Made by a program: the position numbers and the translations under genes. From Antedon mediterranea (Eukaryota > Animalia > Echinodermata), in contig NC_092672.1 in NCBI RefSeq assembly GCF_964355755.1, positions 4,030,001 through 4,094,000 on the forward strand: DNA of 64,000 bases, written 5' to 3'. The notes under the pieces are model-generated. The model saw nothing but the letters and a program-made list of their open reading frames with translations. It was not told the DNA's origin and did not search any database. Below, piece after piece: positions 45,233-57,200 of the stretch. Each line of letters opens with the position of its first letter. Positions within the stretch are counted from its first letter, which is position 1.

Positions 45233-48200
45233 TTATAAGTCAGTTTCTCTAATCCAATCAAAGTTATCAAACTGTAAAATAGAAAAAAGGATTATTATTA
45301 TTATGTAATAATTAAAATGTCTAAATAAAAAATAAAAACTTAATATTGACTATTGCAACATAATTTACATGAAGAGCCTTAAACACAGGATAACTTTATT
45401 TATTTTTGACTACAGTATGGAACAAAATATGTAACCATCACATCATATTTTGTTTTACATACTGTAATGGGATGAATCATACATATAAATATATATGTAA
45501 ACATAGTGTAATGAATTAGGTGTGGTGCCACCCCATTTTGATAATCGACCGGGCCTACTTCTGTATGGAAGCCGATTGGCTGGTGGAAATAGATGGGGAA
45601 CGGCCATGTGATGGCCATGATTCGCCCAATTTAGTTAGTCTTAGCTCGGGTTTCAAGTGAGGTAGACGTGTTTTTAAAGTTAGTAGAAGATAGTTGGGAG
45701 ATCGGTACGGTGGAAGGTAGGACCTGTAGTAATTCTATAATTGTGGATTATAGTGGAGCTCGGCTGTGTTCCGAGACGCCCAGTAGGGGGCAGGCCTAAT
45801 TAATTACCGATACCCGGTGGGACCGTTTACTCTACTTATTTGTTTCTTGATTTATGGTGGAAGGTTGCCTGACAGGTTTGAAGAAATAAATGAAAGACTC
45901 CAATTTATGTGTGTATGTAGTTTTATTTTCCTCGTTCCGTATAGCGACTCTGACGGCCTGACCGACAGACGAACAACCTACAACAAGTGAAGAATCCGTT
46001 ACAATAACATTACATATTTTGTTTTACATATTCATACTGTATGTTGGACAAATAGTGTAAGAACTTGTGACATGAATGCGCATACACACTTTTTAAGAAA
46101 CATGAAGCATCAAGTTGATTGACGTTCAGAAATAGACCAATCAGAATCTTCCTATTATTTTACCTAATGGGAAGAATTATTAATTATCTATGTTCACATG
46201 TGAGAGGGAGGTACGTTTATTGAATTTCACAAAAACAGCGGAAGTCATCGGATATTTAAGTTTCAATTAGTAATCTGGTTAAACAGTTCCATTTCCTAAT
46301 GTTATTGTAATACAAAGAGCCGGTCTAATAAATGATAACCCTAGGTACTTGTTTGTTTAGAAAAAAACATTTAACAAGTTCGAAAGTCGTGGGAATCGCA
46401 TGATATGTCCTTTACATTGTGGTATAATATCAGCAAATGGACAAATTAGGGAATTTTCGATTGCAAAATGACAACATATTGTTTACACGTGAGGAACAGA
46501 TTTCATCTATAAAAGTCAAGTGAAAATTGAAACTGGATTTATTCCTACAACAGCAGATGACAGGGAAACATCCAGTTTACAGATCAACAGAAAAGACATT
46601 CAGAAAACAACAATCTATCTCCGGTAAGTAAATTGTTATTCAAGCTTTTAATAATATTTAGGATGATATTTGGTGCTACTGTACTTTTGCACTGCTACTC
46701 TGTACTTTGACATTACTGTCTTTTACTGTAGTACTGATTTGTTAGAATTCCGTAACCTTCCTTGAACATGTTGGCAGTGAGAAGGAAAAAACAATATTAA
46801 AACACACAGAAAGGTACAATATGAGTCGTGTGTACTCCAGTTAGGAATGCAATACAACTGAAGATCATTTAATACAAGTCAATTTGATGTGAAATTATTG
46901 TAGGTAAACTGAGTCCTGTGTTCATTCTGAACAAAGTGGAATGAGCTGTTAGGAGCTCAATGTAATAAGCCTTAACACAATTCCTTTCCACGCTGCCTTA
47001 TCCTTCCTAGCATTTTCAGGTACCCATTTACAGCTGAGTTGACTGGTAGTTGTTTTTATCTGGAAATTAATTTGGGTCTTTCTGTATGATAGTCCAACCA
47101 CTTGGCTACTAAACTTCAACAAATTATTATATAATAATACCACATTCAAAACTGGGACTGAGTCATGTTGTTTCCTTGTACAACTGGACAGTCAGGCCCC
47201 TTCTTGTTCCTGGAAGAATCATATGTAGGCTGTGAAATAAAAGGGTTGCAGAATGCTGGCTCGATAATGATCAGTGTGCAAAATATACTTTGACAAAACC
47301 CTGCTTGATAATGATTAATTGATTGCAATCTTTTTAAAAATTAAAAAAAAAAAGGGTACTTTTATATGTTTATAGCTTAACTTAAGTATGGTAGATAAAG
47401 AGTGCAATTAAAGAGGGAAAAGGTTAACACACTGTTGTTATATTGAATTTCAGACTTAATATGATGTTAACAATTGTGATACAGATTAGTATAATCTATG
47501 TCATCAAATCAGCAGCTCAAACCAATTCTGAAGCTTGTAATAGCTGTTGTACAGCTGGGGTTCCTGGAATTCCAGGACATCATGGTAATCCAGGTGCCTC
47601 TGGGCCACAAGGAATGAATGGAGAACAAGGAATAAAAGGAGAACAAGGAATGAATGGAGTGAAAGGAGAACAAGGAATGAATGGAGAACAAGGAATGAAA
47701 GGAGAACAAGGAATGAATGGAGAACAAGGAATGACAGGAGACCCGGGAATGAAAGGAGAACAAGGAATAACAGGAGATGATGGAAGGAATGGCTTAGATG
47801 GGTCTCCTGGAAAGTTAGGACCAACTGGACCTCAAGGCCTCATTGGACTACCAGGTACAAATGGTGTAAAAGGAGAAAAGGGTGAACAAGCTAGTCAGCA
47901 GAAATCTGCCTTTTCAGTATTTTTTACATCAAACCCAGGTCGTCATGCCGTTAGCCCAATGAAGTATAACACAGTAATTATAGATGTAGGAAATCACTAC
48001 AACAAAGAAACAGGAAAGTTTGTCTGTGAAATTCCAGGTGTTTATGTATTCCAGGTGACATCAATGAAATCAAATGGTAGTGGTAAAATTTTAACAAGAA
48101 TCATGAAAAATGGCAATAATCAAATGTCTGCATGGATGAGTGCTTCAGGGCATAATTCTGTAAGTACAATGGTGGTTCTTGATCTGGTATCAGGTGATGA

Positions 48201-51200
48201 AGTATGGACTCAGCCACATAGTTCAAGCCATAACTATTACTACAGTGACAGTGACAGATACTGCTCATTCTCTGGTTTCTTACTTTATGCAGCATAAAGC
48301 AAACATATACAAATAATTGTATTGTTTTAAACAATTAATTTGCAAATAGCCATCTAGAAGTCAAACTATATAAATGTCACAAGCTACATTACTATTAATT
48401 AAATGTATTGTCCCCAAAAACATGAAGATAACAAACTTTGAATACTGAAGGCTATATTGCAGTTTTAATAAAGTTAATCGCTTCCATAGAAGAACAAATT
48501 TTTTTAAATGCTTTTACTAAATATATAGTTAAATTCAACCAAAAACCTATTGGGTGGCAGCCAATTTTCTATTTTCTATTCCCCACCTATCTCCCACAAT
48601 TGTTGGTCAAAATAAATAACTACTTTTTATGTGACATTAACATTTTTTAGAAAGGTTAGTGATTTTTTAGGTAATTTTACTTACCAGTTGAAAAATTATA
48701 AATGTAACATTTATTTAAACTTATTTAGAACTAAATTTTTGTAAGTATATATTACAAATAAAAATATTAATATTCAGCATTTTGAGTGGATCATTTTTTT
48801 GAACTATGAACGATATATGCAGGCCCGTATGCAGCATTTATAATGGGGGGGGGGTGAGAGCGAAGCGAGCAACAATGGCTGGGGGCCAGGGGGCCACCAA
48901 GGGCCCCCGGTCAGGGTCCAGGGGCCGAAGGCCCTCGAAAAATTTGCGTTATTTGACGTTCTAAAGACTGATGTAAGACTCTCTGTTGTGGCTTGGGCTA
49001 GTTGAACGATGGACACCAGAACTTAACGCTTTCATGATGAGGCCAACTCAGCAGGGGTGGCGCCAGGATCTTCCCGACGCGGGGGCTACATTCCCCGACG
49101 AGGGGGCTATGCGAGCAAAGCGAGCATCACTAGGCTGAGGGCCAGGGGCCGCCAAGGGCCCCCGGTGGGGGTCCAGGGGGCGAAGCCCCCGGAAGCAACG
49201 CGTTCTAGCGTCATTTGAGGTCTTTTTAATCAGATTTAGGGTAGCCATTTTTTCCATTTTTTATAATGCATAAAAAAAATACTGCGTGCAAAAAAACGAT
49301 GCGCGATGACGGTTTCAATCCATATTTTTCAATTTAAAAAATAAAAGTTCAAAGAAAATTTTGAAAAATAGAGTTGGAGGTCCCGGAAATTGGACTTATT
49401 ATACTTCAAAACATGAAAAAAAATATATAAGTCCCTATCATGGGTTGTGACTGAGCTAAGAAATGTTTGAAAAATAGAGATGTTAGGTCCCGGAAAATGT
49501 ACTTCTTGTTCTTCGAAATATGACCAGCTTTATTGTTGGGGCTGAGCTAAGAAAATGTTTAAAACTAGAGCTGCAGGTCTTCAAAAAATTGCATTTTATA
49601 CTTTGGAAACATCAGGCCTAGAGGCTTAAAAAACGCAAGCGTAGACCTTTTTCAGTCGGGGAAAAAAGTTTATTCCTCCCAGGTGTATGCATGCGTACCA
49701 TCTGGACTTCCGAGTGGTGAGAAATTCATGACATACAGGATATTGAAAATGTAATAACTATAGCTATAATGTTGGCTAAGCGAAAATGGCATGTTTTTTT
49801 GTTTAGTAATGGATGACAAATTTATTTTAGGTGCCCCACGGTACAGAAGGTTACTTGTAAATTAAAAAATTGGTGAACAAACGAACAATTACCATAATTC
49901 GTTTTTGCTGTAGTGTAGCGTACGTCGACGCAGTACACGACGTAACCGTCGGTAAACTTCGCCTGGAAAATAACACATTACACATTTTGGTCCCTGGATG
50001 AAACTTGATATCACGCGTCTCGACCCAACGTTGAACGATTCGTACAAAGGGATACCGCCAGACAAGTGCGTACCTAGCTATTGTTTAGTAGTAAGTTAGA
50101 TCGCTGGCAATAATGAATGCATATAAAGTGCATAATATCACTCTGACGTACTCTCACGGTCAATGAAACGTCGCGGTTTTCTAGGCGCTGAAGCTAGCTA
50201 CGAAGTGAACGCGAACGCTTTTTACTGTATATTATATTCCCCGACAAAAAGTACACGTGTTCCCTGACGTTAAGTTGTCTGTATTTCTCCAGCAAACACT
50301 TTACCGCGTACATGAAGCGCTAAGCTATTGCTTGTCGTCACATGATCGATTGCGCATGTTTTACATCGAGTTTGTAGTCCGTTCAGATTCCGTAATTTAA
50401 TTACCGGTATTTTTTCATTTTATATTAGCATATTTTTGTTTGTATACCATTGATAATGTAAATTTTGTATATATATATTTATTGACAAGAAAAAATACCA
50501 ACCGAGGAAATAGTGGACCTTTTGGGACTTGGGGGGGTGCGTCTGCACCCAACGCACCCCCCCTGGATACGGGCCTGATATGGTATAATTGTTTATGTGA
50601 TGTGAGAAAGTTGGATAAAAATCAAAGGATCTTCTTCTTTTAAGTTTTGAATTCTTTGCTAGGCACACTTTATTTTATAAAATTCAGATGAATCCCAATA
50701 TTGCTCATGATGACACTGGAAACCAGTTTGTTACAACTTGACAAATAACTTTTTCATAAAATACAAAACAGAGCTGAACGTTTAAAGGAAACAATAAATT
50801 CTGATATAAATAATTAAATATTTGAAAAACCACAAAAAATGCACTAAACATAAAGAAAACTTGACAAAATGGTAAAAAATACTGAAGAGGATTTTGAAAA
50901 CTATGAAAACTAGAGAAATAAAAATACCTCCAAAATATTTAGACGAATTATATACCAATGAAATATGAAGAGGCTTAAAAACAGGATAAATCATATTCAT
51001 ATTGACTACAGTAAGAAACAAAATATATAAACATAACATTTACATATGTTGTTTTACATACTGTAATGGGATGAATAATATAAATATTTGAGTACAGTAA
51101 GAAATATGTTAATATAACATTAAATATTCTGTTTTACATACTCTGTAAAACATTATCTCCAACAAGGAAACAATAAATTCTGATAAAAAGAATGAAATAT

Positions 51201-54200
51201 TTGACATACTACAAAAAATGCACTAAACATAAAAGAAAACATGACAAAATGGTAAAAAATACTGAAGAAGATTTTGAAAACTATGAAAACTAGAGAAATA
51301 AAAACACCTCCAAAATATTTAGACGAATTATATACCAAAGAAATATGAAGAGGCTTAAAAACAGGATAAATTATATTCATATTGACTACAGTAAGAAACA
51401 AAATATGTAAACATAACATTTACATATTTTGTTTTACATACTGTAATGGGATGAATTATATTAATATTTGAATACAGTAAAAAATATGTAAAAATTACAT
51501 ATTCTGTTTTACATACTGTATGTTGGACAAATTATATAAATATTTGACTACAGTAAGAAACAAAATAGGTAAACATAAAATGTACATATTTTGTTTTAAT
51601 ACTACTGTAATGGGACAAATTATATTTATGTATGGCTGGAGTAAGTATTACAATATATGCTCTTCAGTGTAATAACTGACATGTGTGCGCATACACACTT
51701 TTTAAGAAACATGAAGCACCAAGTTGATTGACGTTGAGAAATAGACCAATCAGCATCTTCCTATTATTTTACCTAATGGGAAGAATTATTAATTATCTAT
51801 GTTCACATATGAGAGGGAGGTAGTTTATTTAACTTCACAAAAACTGCGGAAGTCATCGGATATTGAAGTTCCGATTAGTAATCCGGTTTAAATAGTTCCC
51901 TTTCCTAATGTTATTGTAACACAAAGAGCCGGTCTAATAAAGGTACTTAACAAGTTCGAAAGTCGTGGGAATCGCATGATATGTCCTTTACATAATATGG
52001 TATAATATCAGAAAATGGACAAATTAGGGAATTTTCAATTGCAAAATCACAACATATTGTTTACACTGAGGAACAGATTTCATCTATAAAAGTCAAGTGA
52101 AAATTGAAACTGGATTTATTCATACAACAGCAGATGACAAGGAAACACCCAGTTTACAGATCAACAGAAAAGACATTCAGAAAACAACAATGTATCTCCG
52201 GTAAGTAAATTGTTCTTTAAGCTTTTAATAATATTTAGGATGATATTTGGTGCTAGTGTACTTTAGCACTGCTACTCTGTACTTTGACATTACTGTCTTT
52301 TACTGTAGTACTGATTTGTTAGAATTCTGTAACCTTCCTTGAACATGTTGGCGGTGGGAAGGAAAAAACAATATTAAAACACACAGAAGGTACAATATGA
52401 GTCGTGTGTACTCCAGTTAGGAATGCAATACAACTGAGGATCATTTAATACAAATCAATTTGATGTGAAATTATTGTAAGGTAAAGTGGAGTCTTGTGTT
52501 CATTCTGAACAAAGTGGGATGAGCTGTTAGGAGCTCAAGGTAATAAGCCTTAGCACAATTCCTTTCCATGCTGCCTATCCTTCCTAGCATTTTCAGGTAC
52601 TCATTTACAGCTGAGTTGACTGGTAGTTGTTTTTATCTGGAAATTAATTTGGGTCTTTCTGTATGATAGTTCAACCACTTGGCTACTAAACTTCAACAAA
52701 TTATTATATAATACAGTAATACCACATTCAAAACTTGGGCTGAGTCATGTTGTTTCCTTGTACAGTCAGGATCCTTCTTGTTCCTGGCCAGGAACAAGAA
52801 GGAGCCTGTGAAATAAAAGGGTTGCAGAATGCTGGCTCGATAATGATCAGTGTGCAAAATATACTTTGACAAAACCCTGCTTGATAATGATTAATTGATT
52901 GCAATCTTTTTAAAAATTAAAAAAAAAGGGTACTTTTATATGTTTATAGCTTAACTTAAGTATGGTAGATAAAGAGTGCAATTAAAGAGGGAAACGGTTA
53001 ACACACTGTTGTTATATTGAATTTCAGACTTAATATGATGTTAACAATTGTGATACAGATTAGTATAATCTATGTCATCAAATCAGCAGCTCAAACCAAT
53101 TCTGAAGCTTGTAATAGCTGTTGTACAGCTGGGGTTCCTGGCATTCCAGGAAATCACGGAAATCCAGGTGCAGCAGGGCCACAAGGAATGAGTGGAGTGA
53201 AAGGAGAACAAGGAATGAAAGGAAATGATGGAAGCAAAGGAGAACAAGGAATAAAAGGAGATAATGGAAGGAATGGCTTAGATGGGATTCCCGGTAAATT
53301 AGGACCAAAAGGACCTCAAGGTATTGTTGGACTACCAGGTACAAATGGTGTAAAAGGAGAAAAGGGTGAACAATCTATTCAGCAGAAATCTTCCTTTTCA
53401 GTAGTTTTTACATCATCCCCAGGTCGTCATGACACTAGCCCAATGAAGTATGACACAATAATTACAGATGTAGGAAATCACTACAACAAAGAAACAGGAA
53501 AGTTTGTCTGTGCAATTCCAGGTATTTATGTTTTCCAGGTGACATCAATGAAATCAAGTGGTAGTGGTAAAATTTTAACAAGAATCATGAAAAATGGCAA
53601 TATTCAAATGTCTGCATGGATGAGTGCCTCTGGGTATAATTCTGTAAGCACAATGGTGATACTTGATCTGGTATCAGGTGATCAAGTATGGACTCAGCCA
53701 GCTGGTTCAATCTATAACTATTACTACAGTAACAGTCACAGATACTGCTCATTCTCTGGTTTCTTACTTTATGCAGCATAAAGTAAACATATACAAATAA
53801 TTGTAATGTTTTAAACAATTAATTTGCAAATAGGCATCTAGAAGTCAAAGTATATAAATGACACAAGCTAAATTTAATATTATATTATTTTTGCAATTAT
53901 TGATTATTTCTGCTTCAGATGCAACAGTTTAGATGAATGATGTTAATTTTACCAGTTAAAAAATTATAGATATAACATTTATTTCATTTGAAGAACTAAA
54001 TTGTTTAAATAAAATAATTAATATTAATATTCAGTATTTTAAGTAAATCTATGTTATGTTGAACTATGCAGGCGGTTCAATTTCTTTTGGCCTACTGTAT
54101 TCACACTCAAATCAGTCCTAAATCAGGAAGGTTTTAGTAAATTCATCCACTACAATTCTAAGTTAATTAATGAAAGACTGTCAACACTCAGTAGTGGACC

Positions 54201-57200
54201 TGCAACTTTTAAAACAGGTTTTACACATTTATTAACCCATGGCTGGTAGACTGCACAAAGATTATACTTAGAAATCGGTATGGGTAACTCAATCAAAGCC
54301 TCTTCTTTTTTTTTTGGTTGAGTTTTGAATTCTTTCCTTGGCACACTTTACTTATAAAATTCATATGAATCGCAATATTGCTCATGACGACACCGAAACC
54401 AGTTTGTTACAACTTGACATATAACTTTTGAATAAAATACAAAACAGAACTGAACATACTTTTAAACTCTGTCTACACTATCAAACTATTTTAACAAATA
54501 TAGTAATAGTAATATGCCAAAATATGCTCATCATATCCATATATTGAGAAATCAAATTTTGTTGTCACATAAACATAGTGTAGACAGAGTTTTAGATGAA
54601 ACAATGATACAAAAATTATTCCGTGCCCAATTATAGGAATAGTATGTGGACTAGACTACACTACTTTAGAATACTTACGGACAATTCCCTAGAAATTGGG
54701 CGTGGTTTCCAGACATCATTACCGACACCATTCAATGTTAACTCCTGACACGTTTTTGGCAATTTCCTCTTCAAATAAACAGTTGGCGGTGTCTGTTTAG
54801 AGAGAACCTTTTCAAAAGACATACCGACAAAAAACTCCATTCTTTTTAATGTTGCTAGGCAGCTTAGTCTTGCACATGGATCTTTACAGAGTAACTACAG
54901 GAAAAAAAAGTGATCATAAAGAAAAATGCATAAACTACCAGAGACTATCGGGTTATCCAAGTTCAGGCTGTTTTATACTGCAATAAAGAACGTATAGTTT
55001 GATTATAAAGATAAAAACGTGGTATTATTAGGGAACTATCAATCTGCGACGATCTAGAAATTAGTTGACGTGTTGCCAAAACGGTATTCAAAAATGAGTG
55101 TTCAAAAAGAATGTTGAAATGGATCTGTGTGCACACAATAATATGGCATAAAACTATAGTAGCTTCGGCATAAAATTATAGTAGCTCCGAGTTCATTGAT
55201 TGTCAGAGGAGAATTAAAAAAATTTAATTAAAAAGTAGTTTACTAAAAATGAATCAACTGTTACCTGAAGAATGACGTCCTGAGCTGGATAACTAACAAA
55301 CGGAGGTAACTTGAATTCCTTATTTATAACCTTATTATACATCTCAATGTGATTGGTGGAACCACTTAACGGATATTTACCCGTCATCAAGCAAAACATT
55401 ATAATGCCGAGTGACCACCAGTCAACACGATGATCATAGTCACCCATATTTAGTACTTCAGGCGCTGAAAAAATTAAGGTAGATGTTTAGTTGTCCTGTT
55501 AAAAAAAAACATTAAAACTATGGTATAAATTTGGAGACTATTACAGAGCAGAATTTAGATTTGTGACCATGTTTAATTAGCGGTGGTCGATATAGGATTT
55601 TTAAAAAGATGGTAGGGCCGGAAATCAACAAAAGGAAGCAGTTCTGTGCATCTCTCCTATTCTAGCTTACATTAACTATTAACTGCATACTGTATTAACT
55701 ACGAATTCAGCATTTTATTAATCAATTTAAAAAACTGTCTACCTGTTGAACAACAAACAATTTTGGATGATATTATTTAAAGATAGCAAAATGATTCACT
55801 TAGCCTTATTAGAGATAATAATAGATATACAACTACCCACCCATATACATAAGTGTCCCACAGACACTGGACGTTCTGCCACCTTGCTTCAGCCATTTTG
55901 AAAGTCCAAAATCGGACAGAAGTATATGACCGCCCTCATCAAGTAAAATATTCTCCATCTGAAAAGAAAATATATTTAATACCCTTTTCTAAAATTTTCT
56001 AACTATTGATTAACTCCCATGCTTCCAAAATCAGAATCGGAATATGACCACTTTAGTAGAATAGTCTGCATTTGAATATCTGAAAATATCTATAAAAAAA
56101 GCAGAAGATGTTTTAATAAGATATTTTATAAATCTTGATTTTAATATAAATATTTAAAATTTGTTTTTCCAATACATACCTTTAAATCTCTATATATAAT
56201 TCCTGCCCTATGTAAAAACGCCAAAGCCATCGCTATCTCTGCAATGTACAATCGTGTCGCAATCTCACTGAAAGCGCCCTCTAACAACCATAGACTATGA
56301 AGATCTCCATGAGTGGCATAATCCATTACTTCAAATCAGAACAAACAAAATAAATTATATTATTTGTTGAATAATTTTGTATTTTCAAATTGACTTTACC
56401 AATATTTTGTATTTGTTAAAAAAATAAATTGATTTTAAGTCCTTATCCGAGAAGACCACCAGGATTATGCCTTGACGATTTTATGTCCATGGTTGGTGGC
56501 GCCTCTGCCATAAATCGCTTGATCACGCAGGTCAGCTGATGGAACTCTCACATATATAAGTATGTCTTTATTTGTGTAAATAAAACAAATGTTAAAATAA
56601 AATAAATATATACATCATCATCTTAAATCCTGATATCTTTATCTGTCATCACACAGCTTACAAATTATATATAGATATCGATATCAATACATATCTGAAT
56701 TCAACAACAGTTTGTCTAGGTATGCAGGTCACATAACAACATGAACATTGGAGAAATGTAATGTAACACCTAACTTGTGCTGTCTGTGTTTGTTATCAGA
56801 TAAACATCATTATTACACAAAGTATACAGTGCATTTAATTCATCATGCTTAGGCTGTAAATCGAGCAAGATTTACAGAGTTTTCAAATTAATTATTCAGT
56901 TTTTAGCACAGTTCTGATTCAACTAGTACAGTACATATTAAATTTAATCGATTCTACAACTTATGGCTATGGTAGCAGGTAAAATTTGGCCGAAAAGTAA
57001 AAACTAAACTATTTAAAAAAAATCTTTTTTTGTAGTTAAAAGGGACTGAATATATATTTTGGAAAGATACAACCACAAAGAATTAATTAAAAAGATGATG
57101 GCTTTCAATTAACAATAATTTGGTTAAAGCTCTGTCTACACATAGTCAATATAGAAAGTACAATTGACTATGGTCTACACTATCAAACTAGTTTGATTTA

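Noticed and set aside
50782-51419. Two similar hydrophobic ORFs resembling small membrane proteins
   Set aside because: Antisense reading of a duplicated A-rich spacer; the length and frame are not kept in the other paralogous spacers.
2910-56767. Tandem units as a pure assembly artefact
   Set aside because: The units differ in many substitutions, private insertions and C1q copy number, so collapse or duplication artefact is unlikely; read-level confirmation is still needed.
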